This document shows, piece by piece, positions 16,878 to 26,920 of a stretch of DNA of 36,804 bases (the first letter of the stretch is position 1; each line of letters starts with the position of its first letter). The position numbers were made by a program, and so were the translations under genes. The stretch comes from a virus. Lineage: Duplodnaviria; Caudoviricetes. The DNA lies in IMG/VR virus record IMGVR_UViG_3300017699_000006, positions 1 through 36,804 of that record; one strand, written 5' to 3'. Under the pieces are notes generated by a model. The model was not told where the DNA came from. It saw only the letters and a list, made by a program, of their open reading frames with translations, and made no database searches.

Positions 16878-17322
16878 TTTTAAACTCCTTCATATAATCA
16901 TCGTATGTTTCACCATACAATCCTAAAACAATATGGGCGTTCTGCGCCGCAAACTCGGGGCCGTGGTAAATCTGCACCACGGCTAACACAATATCGTAAT
17001 ACCCTGCGCGCCAGTTATACGACTTAGCGTCGGCGCTTCCCGCACGTTCTACTGTATCTGATGCTTGCCATTTTAGTATATTTAATCCAACTATAGAAGA
17101 TAAGCAATACGAATTAGCCGCATAAAACGGGTTTTGTTGCATACCAACTAGCGTATTCCATATCAGCAGGTTTAAATCTTTGCGGTCTACAGGGTCGCCA
17201 TCGGCAAAATCGTCAAATATCTGAAACGCATGAAACAAGTCTAGTAGCCACTTTACCGCGTCAGGCGGCAAAAACAACCCAACGCTTAGGTTCTTTTGTA
17301 AGGCTTCTAGGCTTTTGTCCAT
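16870..17322 (-). CDS. Hypothetical protein with an aspartate-rich AFQIFDDFADGD motif (isoprenoid-synthase-like)
   Basis: 150 aa, apparently all-helical; overlaps the gp7-like start; function is inferred. Confidence 0.6.
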   Translation of the reverse strand: MDKSLEALQKNLSVGLFLPPDAVKWLLDLFHAFQIFDDFADGDPVDRKDLNLLIWNTLVGMQQNPFYAANSYCLSSIVGLNILKWQASDTVERAGSADAKSYNWRAGYYDIVLAVVQIYHGPEFAAQNAHIVLGLYGETYDDYMKEFKNA

Positions 17323-17660
17323 TAACTTGAAATCTGTCTGCCAGACGCGCGGATGTTAATGGCCGTAGCCGTACCAGCAATGGTGGAGATAAAGTCGCCA
17401 TTATTTAGCACTTGACCCACGATCTCAGGGAAGGTATACACCTCAGACGGTTGCAAGGTCTTGGTCTTGGTGATGATGTTCTCGTTACCCGCTGTGCTTG
17501 CCAAAGTGACTAAGTTGACGCTAATCGTAGCCGCCGAGCCACTAAAGTTAGTCGCCGTGAACTTATCAATGATGGTTTTAACGCCATTGGACGTGTATTG
17601 CGTCTGCTGGGTATTCTCAGCGAGCTTGGCTGGGATCAGTACATTGACGACGACGGTCAT
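17322..17660 (-). CDS. Small beta-rich virion protein
   Basis: Thr/Val/Ile-rich, AAGGA SD, tail module. Confidence 0.55.
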   Translation of the reverse strand: MTVVVNVLIPAKLAENTQQTQYTSNGVKTIIDKFTATNFSGSAATISVNLVTLASTAGNENIITKTKTLQPSEVYTFPEIVGQVLNNGDFISTIAGTATAINIRASGRQISS

Positions 17661-17669
17661 ATTATTCCT

Positions 17670-19493
17670 TTAACCAAAATTTACCCAAGTTCCAGGTATG
17701 CCAGCTACGGTGCATACCCAACCAACGTTTCCAGCAGAAGGCGCAGAGTTGTAAATTCTATCTCCAACTTTGCCGTAGCCTTCTAAACCAGTAGAGGGGG
17801 CGGCTGCCATAAATCTATCTGTTGCTTCAACATACCCCACATCGCGCTCGTCAGCATAAACAGCAAAGTATTCAAGACCGCTGCCTGTACCCCCAGCAGT
17901 AGAATAAATATTTGCTAAACCAATAGTTTGTACGCCAGGGCTGTAAGATGTTGTTGCGTTTAAAATTTCAACAGCGTAACCCCATTTATAAAAAGTTTTT
18001 GCGCCTACAGTAAATTGACCTAATTGGCAACTATAGACTAACTGCCAATCAGCAGGGCTTGTGCCAATCCCGCCAATTTGATATATGGTTGGCACCGTTG
18101 CGTTATTGTTAGTGTCTGCTATAACTGTTACCCATAGTACGCTTGCGCCTCTTAATGGTCTTGAAGGGGTAATAATTGCAAAATTATTAGCTACTACGTT
18201 GTCATTCCAATATAACCGCGCGTTTCCTACTAATACATTTGAAGTGGTGTAGTTGTAGTTACCAACTACAGTAATGTGGTTGTCAGCTGCTTGATCCATT
18301 TCACGGCGCGTATTTAACTGCTGCATATAGGTAGATACACGATCGCCATAAGGACTACGGTTAACGGTGTTGTCGTATATAGCAAAATCTGCCCAAGAAG
18401 GGCTGTTTCCACTCATATTGACTTCGTTTGCCCGTAAATCGTCATCTTTTACGTCGGCGTTATTTAGATAAATAATTGGCTGTTGGTTTGTTGTTAATAG
18501 GCCTGGCGTTGGGCCAAACAAGCAATTAGTTACAGAAATAGTATCAAAATAACCTTCGCAAGTAATTAAAGGAAATTTAGAGCTTTCAAAGTTACACTGG
18601 TCAAAAGTAAGTACGCCTAACCCTGTGCTATCTACGCTAACAATAGTAATTTGCTCATCGTTTTCAATAGTGCAGTTACTAAAATGGATTTGCGTATTGT
18701 AGGAGGATTCAATGTAAATACGGGACATTGGCGTACGACCAGTCAAAGGAGGCGAGTTACCGTAAGTAATAAACTCTCCGTTGTTACACCAGAAACTACG
18801 CACGGTTCTAAGAACCAGAGGAATGTAATTATTTACGCAAACAAGGTTTTCTGCCCATGCTTGTAAGTCTGTGGTATTAACGTCGCTGCGTTTTAAAAAT
18901 GCGCCGTAGTAGTTATTTTGATAGATGTGACGGCCTGACAAATAGATTTCAGAACCATTTTCAATAAAAAGACCAGTACCAAATCCTTCAGCATGAAGGT
19001 TATGCGCTTTTAAAAATTGAACGCCGCTTAAGTTAAAACCTATCGAAGTTGAATAGGCAGACGCTAAATTTTGTGGGCCTGATACGTAAAGATCCCTAAT
19101 TTCAAGGCATTTAGTCCAAAAAGTTAGGGTGTTATTAGGCGCTGTAAGTACGGGCGTTTGTAGTGCCGTAAAGTTACCGGATGTTTTAATAACGGTTCCA
19201 GGCATATTAGCGCTGTTGCTAATGTCGTTTGAAAACTCACCACGAATAGCAAACCGAGCGTAAGTGGCTGTAACTGGGATAGTTAGCGTAGAAGTAATTA
19301 AATACGTCCCAGCAGGGAAATATAACTCTCTTTGGGTAGAAGCGGCTTCAGCCATAGCAGCATTAATTGCGCTAGTAACATCAACTGAGGCTGTCCCTGC
19401 TTGAACATCAGCAATTTGAGTTTGTGTCATAAAGTCAAAAACATTGACTTCTGCTCCACTAATCATCGAATAGGTAGCTTTTGTAAGTGCCAT
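17670..19493 (-). CDS. Tailspike / depolymerase 2 (pectate-lyase-like beta-helix)
   Basis: VNVFDF...DVTSAINAA...LYFPAGTYLI; C-terminal GDRIYNSAP...GWVCTVAGIPGTW. Confidence 0.8.
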   Translation of the reverse strand: MALTKATYSMISGAEVNVFDFMTQTQIADVQAGTASVDVTSAINAAMAEAASTQRELYFPAGTYLITSTLTIPVTATYARFAIRGEFSNDISNSANMPGTVIKTSGNFTALQTPVLTAPNNTLTFWTKCLEIRDLYVSGPQNLASAYSTSIGFNLSGVQFLKAHNLHAEGFGTGLFIENGSEIYLSGRHIYQNNYYGAFLKRSDVNTTDLQAWAENLVCVNNYIPLVLRTVRSFWCNNGEFITYGNSPPLTGRTPMSRIYIESSYNTQIHFSNCTIENDEQITIVSVDSTGLGVLTFDQCNFESSKFPLITCEGYFDTISVTNCLFGPTPGLLTTNQQPIIYLNNADVKDDDLRANEVNMSGNSPSWADFAIYDNTVNRSPYGDRVSTYMQQLNTRREMDQAADNHITVVGNYNYTTSNVLVGNARLYWNDNVVANNFAIITPSRPLRGASVLWVTVIADTNNNATVPTIYQIGGIGTSPADWQLVYSCQLGQFTVGAKTFYKWGYAVEILNATTSYSPGVQTIGLANIYSTAGGTGSGLEYFAVYADERDVGYVEATDRFMAAAPSTGLEGYGKVGDRIYNSAPSAGNVGWVCTVAGIPGTWVNFG

Positions 19494-19495
19494 GA

Positions 19496-19678
19496 TTAAC
19501 TTTCCAATTGTTCTAAAGGAGTATTACCTTGAGCAATCCATTCTTTAAACTGATTATGGTATTGAACAAGCAATTCATTTTCTTTTTGTTCGTCTGTCAA
19601 TTCGTCTACAGTTGGAATAGCCAATTCAACATTGGTTACGTCTACAACGTACTCCGTGCCTTCATTATATCTATACAT
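19496..19678 (-). CDS. Small tail-fibre-associated protein (chaperone-like)
   Basis: AGGA SD before ATG 19678; FKEWIAQGNTP motif; follows the fibre gene. Confidence 0.5.
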   Translation of the reverse strand: MYRYNEGTEYVVDVTNVELAIPTVDELTDEQKENELLVQYHNQFKEWIAQGNTPLEQLES

Positions 19679-19686
19679 GGCTTTTC

Positions 19687-21174
19687 CTATGATACGGTAG
19701 AAGATAACGACATTATTTGCCAACTGCCATAAGTCGAAGTAGCAGCGGAGCCAGTTACAAAAGAAACCACATGGCTGTTTACTGACTTATAAATACCTAA
19801 CTGATTTGACGCTGGCGTTGAACTAGCAACAATCACTGATGATGTACCAACTATGCTTATAGTTGAAGTTATGTAGTTAGTTACTACTAAAACGCCATCG
19901 CCACTGCCAGCAGAAACCCAAAAGACTTTAGCGCTTGTTGGAAGTGTGACATTGTAAGTAGTGCTATTTACTGTGTTATTAGACGTTGGCGAAGATAAGT
20001 TTGCTATGGTAAGACCAGACGCCGTGGAGTTTCCGTTAATTCTGATACCGCCATTAACTTGTAAATTACCAGCGCCAGGATCGGTGGTGTTTCCGATGGA
20101 CACACCTGTTGACGCATGAATTCGTTGTGCAAACGTATCTGCGTTTACAGAAAAATCCATGTATCCGTTGCCAAATACCGCAGCATTAATAGAACATTTA
20201 ACGCCGCCGTTATTGCGCCAAGCCAATTTTGCAGTTACAACACCTGTTGTATTGTCGTTTTCAATTAACAATGGTGTAGTAGCCGACGTATTGCTTAAAT
20301 TAAATGACCCATCACCTGCAACCGTTAAAGTACTACCTACGGTGGCGGTATTAATAGCTAATTTATTACTCGCAGAGTCAAAAAATAACCCTGCGTTATC
20401 TTGGCTGTAAACACCTGACGTTCCAGCAAAAATTACTGACCCAGGCGTAAACGTTGTTCCTGTACCTGTACCACCTCGCCCAACAGCTAATTGACCTGTC
20501 CAGCCAAGGGTCATAGATACAGAACTTAATAGTGCTGTTGATGGAGTGCCACCTAGCGTCATGGTGACGTTAGTGTCATCTGTTTCAGTTAACGCGGCGG
20601 GGGCTGACCATTGTGGGGCGCTGCCCGTGCTAGATAGAAAACGGCCTGTTGCGCCTATAGCCAACTTAGTTAACGCCGTACCACTGGCATAGTAGGACAA
20701 ATCACCAGCGGTGTACGAACTTATCCCCGTTCCACCGTTGCTAGTAATTAATGTCCCCGCAAGCGTAACAGCACCGCTAGTAGCAGAATTAGGTGTAAAA
20801 CCCGTTGTTCCAGCGCTAAACGTAGTGACCGCTACGCCGCTTAGGGTTGTCCATTGAGGCGCGGCGCCAGTAGAAGTAAGGATTTGACCGTTTGTGCCAA
20901 TAGCTAATTTAGTAAACGTCGTTCCACTAGCGTAATAGCTTAGATCACCAGCCGTATAAGTAGTTAAGCCTGTACCGCCAGCCGTAGTTGGGACGGTTTT
21001 CCAACCAATCACTTGTACGGCATTAGCGTTGTCTTTGTAGAACAGTTTGCCATCGGTAATATTGATGGCAAGTTCTGACCCTAGCGTACTGTTGGTCAAG
21101 TTTCCAGCAACAGGCGCAGCAGCAGCCGTGCTAGTGCTATACAGTTGTATCGAGGTAAACCCAGTCTGTGCCAT
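19687..21174 (-). CDS. Tail fibre protein
   Basis: GSELAINITDGKLFYKD N-terminus, repeated GGTG...KLAIG...APQW units, Thr/Gly/Ser-rich. Confidence 0.75.
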   Translation of the reverse strand: MAQTGFTSIQLYSTSTAAAAPVAGNLTNSTLGSELAINITDGKLFYKDNANAVQVIGWKTVPTTAGGTGLTTYTAGDLSYYASGTTFTKLAIGTNGQILTSTGAAPQWTTLSGVAVTTFSAGTTGFTPNSATSGAVTLAGTLITSNGGTGISSYTAGDLSYYASGTALTKLAIGATGRFLSSTGSAPQWSAPAALTETDDTNVTMTLGGTPSTALLSSVSMTLGWTGQLAVGRGGTGTGTTFTPGSVIFAGTSGVYSQDNAGLFFDSASNKLAINTATVGSTLTVAGDGSFNLSNTSATTPLLIENDNTTGVVTAKLAWRNNGGVKCSINAAVFGNGYMDFSVNADTFAQRIHASTGVSIGNTTDPGAGNLQVNGGIRINGNSTASGLTIANLSSPTSNNTVNSTTYNVTLPTSAKVFWVSAGSGDGVLVVTNYITSTISIVGTSSVIVASSTPASNQLGIYKSVNSHVVSFVTGSAATSTYGSWQIMSLSSTVS

Positions 21175-21195
21175 TATTTACCTACTTTTTTCATA

Positions 21196-23232
21196 TTAAC
21201 GACCAACTTCGTACCATGAATCACCAAGGCAAACTAATTCAACAGTATCAAAAGCACCTACAGACGCAGAGTTATAGTCAATATTGCCGCCACTTGTAAA
21301 TGAAAATCCACCCGCGCCCGCCTGTAAATACAAACGACGCCCTGGATGTTGCAAAGTAACGTTTTGAATTGGCGTAGCGCCTGTAATTTGGAAAACTTCA
21401 CGCCCATAGGGGAAAGTCATTGTTGCTGCGGCGGTTTTAAATAAATTTGCAAGTAGTTGTTCTTTACTCGCAACGCCTTCAATTACAGGGCCGTATGAAT
21501 ACCCTGTGCCTGATATAAGCGTTCCTGTAATGTTATAGAGTCGAACGCCAACAATGGACACTTCGTTTGGTTGCGATAACAGCGCAATACCGCCACCAGT
21601 AAATTGGTCAACAGTCGTATTTCTAATATCAACGCTAGAAGAAAATGCGCCGTCAACCGTTATGCCTGGAACAGCAAGACCCGTTATAGAGCCACAATAG
21701 CAACCTGTCAAACTAACATTGTTTCCTCTAATGCGCCAAGGGCCTTCGCTAGTCCAAACACCATTAAATTGAACATTGTTTGTGGCCGCAGCAATATCTA
21801 CTGCGTACCCACTTATACCCGCGCCCCACCAACCACCAACCACTTGCGTCAACCCAGCATTATCAAGCACGATACCGCTAGTCGTTCCTTTTAACTCGCA
21901 GTTAAGGTTAGTAATAAAGAAGTTAACGCCGTTACTATTAATGTAAATTGCCGAAAGCGCATCTGTAACAACAACTTCTTGATCGTTGATAAAAATACCT
22001 TCGGTGTAGTCGGCTAGAAAAATACCATGCAATTCGTAATTAAAGAAGTAATTGCTGTTTAATCGAATATCTACCGTTTTTTCGCCAACGCCAGCGCCAC
22101 CAATTGCAAATATGCAAGTGCCTTTTAAATAGCGTATGTCAGAGTTAGACACCTGAGAAAACAAAGTTTTATCAAGTTTTATACCGCCAAATATTCTTGA
22201 AGAACCGCCAGCTTGACCAAAAATATCAATGTTATCAATAATTACATAGGCAGCGTAATTACAGTCAATTACATAAGCAGTTGTCCAATCTGCCGAAGTT
22301 GACCGCGGAATAAAAGCAATGTTAGAAATTTCAACGCGATTAGGTTTATTCCCAACAGTTCCATCGCCAATTTCAATAAAAGTGGTGTCGTCTGCGTGTT
22401 GGATAAGCGTAGTCGAGCCTAAATTTTCACCAAAAATTGTAATGCCGTTACTAATAATGCTTAACGTCCCTGTAATTTTGTAGTTACCTGCGGGTATAAA
22501 AAGTCTTTTGTTATAGCAAGCATCAATCGCAGCTTGAAGGGCGGCGGTGTCATCTGTAACGCCGTCGCCTACCGCACCAAAATCTTTTGCGCTAATAGTT
22601 TGGGCTAGTTTTGCTTCAACGTTTGTTGCAACAGCGCCAACAAAAGGCGGGTTATACGACACTTGTTGAGCGTCAACGGCGGCGCTACTATTTAATTGTG
22701 ATGTTGTAAATTTAACTAAAGCGCCAACGTGCAAACCGTTTACAAATGTTACGGTGTCCGCATCAGTTTCAAGATAAGCGTATTGCGCGCCTGGGCCATA
22801 TTGATTTACACCGTCCACAAACACCGTCAGGCTGTTTGTGCCTGGTGAATACGTAACTGTTGTTAAATTAAATACGGTTTGCCCAGCCGTAGCCGTTTGA
22901 ATTTCTTGTTCGTTGGTAAAGTTAACAAAGTTGGAATTAATGCCATTAATGTTGTCATAAGTAGCAATTAATACGTCATTGGTGTCCCGCAATATAAACT
23001 TGTATTGAATACCGTCGGTCAGCCAAATCTCACCCGATCCAGACACCCGCCCTGCGGCGTCTAAAATGATAGGGTTAGACCAAGGTACGTTGCCTGCGCT
23101 AGTAGTGTAGGTTGTTTGGGGGGTGGTTGTGCCTGCCGCGTAGGTATACAGCTTACCGCCAGTCAACACATTTCCTGCGTTGTCAAAAAATTGGGCGGCT
23201 ACGCCACCAACGGGAGAAAGATTAACGGCCAT
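21196..23232 (-). CDS. Tailspike / depolymerase 1 with N-terminal particle-binding domain
   Basis: QFFD...GGKLYTYAAGTTTP...NPIILDAAGR; SAKDFGAVGDGVTDDTAALQAAID; FIPAGNYKI. Confidence 0.85.
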   Translation of the reverse strand: MAVNLSPVGGVAAQFFDNAGNVLTGGKLYTYAAGTTTPQTTYTTSAGNVPWSNPIILDAAGRVSGSGEIWLTDGIQYKFILRDTNDVLIATYDNINGINSNFVNFTNEQEIQTATAGQTVFNLTTVTYSPGTNSLTVFVDGVNQYGPGAQYAYLETDADTVTFVNGLHVGALVKFTTSQLNSSAAVDAQQVSYNPPFVGAVATNVEAKLAQTISAKDFGAVGDGVTDDTAALQAAIDACYNKRLFIPAGNYKITGTLSIISNGITIFGENLGSTTLIQHADDTTFIEIGDGTVGNKPNRVEISNIAFIPRSTSADWTTAYVIDCNYAAYVIIDNIDIFGQAGGSSRIFGGIKLDKTLFSQVSNSDIRYLKGTCIFAIGGAGVGEKTVDIRLNSNYFFNYELHGIFLADYTEGIFINDQEVVVTDALSAIYINSNGVNFFITNLNCELKGTTSGIVLDNAGLTQVVGGWWGAGISGYAVDIAAATNNVQFNGVWTSEGPWRIRGNNVSLTGCYCGSITGLAVPGITVDGAFSSSVDIRNTTVDQFTGGGIALLSQPNEVSIVGVRLYNITGTLISGTGYSYGPVIEGVASKEQLLANLFKTAAATMTFPYGREVFQITGATPIQNVTLQHPGRRLYLQAGAGGFSFTSGGNIDYNSASVGAFDTVELVCLGDSWYEVGR

Positions 23233-23255
23233 AAATGACTCCTAAATTTAGCCTA

Positions 23256-23284
23256 ATTCTATGATGTTTTGAAACAAATGTCAT
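23256..23284 (-). promoter_or_regulatory. Sigma70-like promoter upstream of the tailspike module
   Basis: ATGACA-N17-TAGAAT, then TAGGAG SD and ATG 23232. Confidence 0.6.
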
Positions 23285-23673
23285 TAAAAAGTACCTCCAC
23301 CAATACCGCCTGTAGCGTTTAGCGTTGTGAACTTGCCTGAACTTGTCGTCGTATTGCCAATTGGCGTGTTATCAATTGTGCCACCAGTAATCGTTACATT
23401 GTCCGCGTTCTGTGAAGATATTGTACCGAGTTGTACAGGCGGCGCTAGATCAGCGTTGCGTTGACGGTTAATAATTACTAAAAGCTCATCAATTGTTAGG
23501 CTAGGTGGCCCAAGTTGTAAATCGTCTAGCGTTGTTGGATTAGTGCCTGAACCTGTTAAAACGAACAGGTTTAAAAAGAACCTATACCACTCACGGGACA
23601 ATAGGCCTGTAGCTGGATCTGTTACCGGCGTACGCGGCGCTGGTATAGTAGTTACATTAAGTGGGCTAGGCAC
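23284..23673 (-). CDS. Tail-associated protein (gp26/needle position)
   Basis: TGLLSREWYRFFLNL; follows the gp10-like gene; ends GGGTF; GTG start. Confidence 0.55.
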   Translation of the reverse strand: MPSPLNVTTIPAPRTPVTDPATGLLSREWYRFFLNLFVLTGSGTNPTTLDDLQLGPPSLTIDELLVIINRQRNADLAPPVQLGTISSQNADNVTITGGTIDNTPIGNTTTSSGKFTTLNATGGIGGGTF

Positions 23674-25231
23674 GGGTTGGGCTTAATAAGAGTTCAGCAC
23701 CAACAATGGCAATCTTGACTGGATCGGTGCCTGACACCTCGTACACACGGTCACGCAGCTTCATGGTCATGCCAAGCCGACGCCAAAATACACGGCGCCC
23801 ATATTGACCAATACGCCCCATCTTAGACCAATGTTCGTTTGACCACGTATGGCCGCCATCGTCTGACCAGCGCAGCATGGCTTCAGGATCGTCACCTTGA
23901 ATGCCTGTAGTTTGGGGAATAACGTTCATGTCAAAAGTTAAATACTCGCCCGAACTTGTAACAATTGGGTTTTGAACACCGTTTAATGAGCTAGACGACA
24001 CAAAATACGCAACTGTAGGGTCTGCTTCAGTTGAACCTGCGTTAATGCCTACGCCCGTTTCGCAATCTAGCTGTAAGCTGTGCTGGGCAGTACGGCGCAG
24101 GTTATTTTGACCACTTGGGATTGGGCGCCAAGACCGCAACCATTTTTGCGGCGCACCATTATCAGCGTATACATCTAAGTCATACGCGTACAAATTGCCG
24201 TTTTCATAGTCGCCAAGAAGTATTTGGTTATTAAACGTGACTTGGCAGTTGGGACGGTAACGTACAAAATCGCCATTTAACCAGCCTGCACGTTCATGCC
24301 ACGACTGGGTTGACACGTCGTACACCCACGTTTTTTGAACAGTTGGAAAAGTCAATACGTAGAAGCTATGGCCGTCTTGCTGGTAAGTGTAGGCAATTGC
24401 ATCGCTAATATCACCATACTGCTGGATTTGCCACTCAATTGAGTGGTTAGACGCGCGTACGCCCGTGTAGCCGTTGTTGCGGTACACAATGCCCCGACCT
24501 CTAGCGTCTTGCCCTAGCCAAAACAACGAGTTGTCTAGTTTAGCCACCGAGTAAGGGGCAACGCAGCCGATCTCGTTAGACGCACCTTGAATACGCGCCA
24601 AGGGAAAGTCAGGCGTACCTGCGTCGTACCAAACCTCAATGGAATTAGTACCAAATAGCCATGCTTCACGGTTATTTACTTCAACCGCTATTAAACCGTC
24701 TGGCGAGCCTTCAGCGCTTGCAAAGTCAAGCGGGTCAATGGACAAGCCATCCAATAGGCTAGTAACCCATATTTTTTGGCTATTTGGTTCGTTAAAAATA
24801 AAATACCCGTCTAAATAACTAACGGTTACAGCGCCAGGGAAGTCGGTATCGTTAATCTGCTGAAACGCGTTGGTACTATCGTTGTAGATGTAGCTTGGGC
24901 CATCAGCCGCTATAAACAACTGCGTACCGTTGTCAACCATAGACACAGGGGTAGTGCCAGCTATTGCACCTAACAATGTGATGTTGTAGTCGTTATCTAA
25001 CTTATATAGCTCATTTCCTGATACTACATACATATAGTTGTTAAAAGACCACAAACCGCGTACTGGGCCATCACCAACTGTAACGGCTAACCGTAAGCCT
25101 GGGGCGCGGTTTAAAAACCCCGCTTCTTTACCTTCGTTGGGAATAACTTCGGGAAATAGGTTAACCATGCGGTTGTCTGCCGCATTAACGCTACGCGCTA
25201 CATACGCTTGGCCTAAAATTGGTGTTTTCAT
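23666..25231 (-). CDS. Tail hub / packaged-DNA stabilization protein, P22 gp10-like
   Basis: VNLFPE, LDGYFIF, FASAEGSPD, TYQQDGHSFYVLTFP, LRWSDDGGHTWSNE, WRRLG. Confidence 0.9.
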   Translation of the reverse strand: MKTPILGQAYVARSVNAADNRMVNLFPEVIPNEGKEAGFLNRAPGLRLAVTVGDGPVRGLWSFNNYMYVVSGNELYKLDNDYNITLLGAIAGTTPVSMVDNGTQLFIAADGPSYIYNDSTNAFQQINDTDFPGAVTVSYLDGYFIFNEPNSQKIWVTSLLDGLSIDPLDFASAEGSPDGLIAVEVNNREAWLFGTNSIEVWYDAGTPDFPLARIQGASNEIGCVAPYSVAKLDNSLFWLGQDARGRGIVYRNNGYTGVRASNHSIEWQIQQYGDISDAIAYTYQQDGHSFYVLTFPTVQKTWVYDVSTQSWHERAGWLNGDFVRYRPNCQVTFNNQILLGDYENGNLYAYDLDVYADNGAPQKWLRSWRPIPSGQNNLRRTAQHSLQLDCETGVGINAGSTEADPTVAYFVSSSSLNGVQNPIVTSSGEYLTFDMNVIPQTTGIQGDDPEAMLRWSDDGGHTWSNEHWSKMGRIGQYGRRVFWRRLGMTMKLRDRVYEVSGTDPVKIAIVGAELLLSPTRA

Positions 25232-25233
25232 TT

Positions 25234-25914
25234 TTAAGCTATAGTAACGCCGCGGCTACCAATAACCGCCCACCCTTGCGTAAAATACTGCAAAGTCACG
25301 GAATCGCCGACATTAGTAAACGTAATGGTTGAATAACCTACGCGTGTGGTGGGCGTCAAAACACCCGTATCGCCGCCTGCGGCTTCAGCTACGTAAACAA
25401 TTGTTTTAAACTCACCTACGTTTCCGTTAGCTAAAGTCAATGCGTTTCCTGTAGCCGTAGATGTAAACGCAGTAGTTAAGTTGGTTATGTTTACAGCGCC
25501 TGCGCCTGACAAAGCTTGTATAGTTCCACGCAATTCATCTGTAATTACGGTTGTTGCGGTAGCAACACCTAGCGTTGGCGTAACAAACGTAGGGCTAGTG
25601 GCTAACGCAATCCCGCCAGAACCTGTAACGTTTTGCCCTAACGCAGTAGCTACGCCAGTGCCAAAGCTAGTAATTCCTGTACCGCCTCTTGCAACACTAA
25701 GAGTACCTGTAGTGCCAGCAACAATTGGTAGCCCAGTACAGTTTGTTAATGTGCCTGATTGCGGCGTTCCAAGAATAGGGGTTACTAAAGTAGCGTTAGT
25801 AAACAACGTAGCAACCGTTATGCTACGCGTAGTTGACCCTTGTTGAAGGGGTATTTGGTTGCCTGAAGTTGCAGATGTAGCTGCTGGTAATTGGTTTATA
25901 GTTACGTTTGCCAT
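25234..25914 (-). CDS. Fibre-like virion protein
   Basis: MANVTINQLPAA N-terminus; TPILGTPQSGTLTNCTGLP and ATSPTFVTPTLG fibre repeats. Confidence 0.6.
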   Translation of the reverse strand: MANVTINQLPAATSATSGNQIPLQQGSTTRSITVATLFTNATLVTPILGTPQSGTLTNCTGLPIVAGTTGTLSVARGGTGITSFGTGVATALGQNVTGSGGIALATSPTFVTPTLGVATATTVITDELRGTIQALSGAGAVNITNLTTAFTSTATGNALTLANGNVGEFKTIVYVAEAAGGDTGVLTPTTRVGYSTITFTNVGDSVTLQYFTQGWAVIGSRGVTIA

Positions 25915-25922
25915 AATTAATC

Positions 25923-26651
25923 CTAGTAGTTACCCGCATAAATGTTAAACCGCTGACGTGTGCCTACCAAGCTGTACGGCAACGCCATGATGTCGTCAGG
26001 ATTGTTAATACGCTTCAGATTGCGTTTAGAGGTCATAGCGACGCGCAAAACGTTAGCGGGTGGCTCAATACCAAACTCGGTTGCGATCTCGCAGGCAAGG
26101 TTGTATTTAAACGCCCGTAGGTAGCCTGGCGGCATGGTGATGTCAGTCGATAGACTTGGCACTTCCATGAGCTTTTCTACCGAAACGATATGAAACTCTA
26201 ACGGCTTGATGGGTACAGGGTAGACATACATCTCAATATCAGGATAGGTCATGTTGACCCACAAGACTTGAGGATAGGTCGAAGTCACCGTTTTAACAGC
26301 AATACCGTTGTACTGCTGTTGGTTAATTAGCTTAATGCCGTATGAAATATTGGTTGCTGCATCTCTGAAATAGGTTGCATCATCAACCAATACTGGGCGC
26401 TTAGGTGTGCCACCTAACGCTAAAGGCAAGTTACCTGTTGGGCCAAAGGTTAAGTTTTTAGCGCCAGCAGGCCATAAAGCCACTTGATCTTGGGTAGAAA
26501 ACACAGCTAAACGCTCAGTATTCCATGAGTCGATCATCTGGTTTAGGGCAGTCAAAGCATCTTGCGACGTGGCTGCGGATGGCGTTTCGCCTTCGGATAA
26601 CACCCCTAATATGCGCAATGCGCCGTTTATTTGCTCATTGGCAGTAGTCAT
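25923..26651 (-). CDS. Head-to-tail adaptor, P22 gp4-like
   Basis: INGALRILGV...GETP...ALNQMIDSW; PPGYLRAFKYNLACEIATEFG. Confidence 0.75.
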   Translation of the reverse strand: MTTANEQINGALRILGVLSEGETPSAATSQDALTALNQMIDSWNTERLAVFSTQDQVALWPAGAKNLTFGPTGNLPLALGGTPKRPVLVDDATYFRDAATNISYGIKLINQQQYNGIAVKTVTSTYPQVLWVNMTYPDIEMYVYPVPIKPLEFHIVSVEKLMEVPSLSTDITMPPGYLRAFKYNLACEIATEFGIEPPANVLRVAMTSKRNLKRINNPDDIMALPYSLVGTRQRFNIYAGNY

Positions 26652-26662
26652 GGCATAGCTCC

Positions 26663-26878
26663 TTATGCGGTTGTTTTACGTCGTCTTGTCTTTACTTCCA
26701 GCGCATTAGCAGGAGCCGCCTCAACTTCGGGTTCTACTTCTTCAACCACAAATTCTTGAACAATTGGCGTATCGACAGTATAGCGTTCCCAGCCGTTTTG
26801 TTCATCATAATCTGCTTCAAAATTACTACAAGCGACTTTATGGCCATGAACAGGGTGCATCAGATAAATAACCGCCAT
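26663..26878 (-). CDS. Hypothetical protein
   Basis: AAGGA SD; acidic middle, basic tail. Confidence 0.65.
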   Translation of the reverse strand: MAVIYLMHPVHGHKVACSNFEADYDEQNGWERYTVDTPIVQEFVVEEVEPEVEAAPANALEVKTRRRKTTA

Positions 26879-26894
26879 TATTGTTCCTTGTTAG

Positions 26895-26920
26895 ATAGGG
26901 GCCGAAGCCCCTATTTTTTT
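26895..26920. terminator. Hairpin with C(UUCG)G loop on the - strand and T-tract on the + strand
   Basis: ATAGGGGC-CGAA-GCCCCTAT-TTTTTT. Confidence 0.55.

Noticed and set aside
20607-20990. Duplicated segment in the tail fibre as a DGR template/variable pair
   Set aside because: Both copies are in-frame protein repeats, the differences are not adenine-specific, and no reverse transcriptase is present
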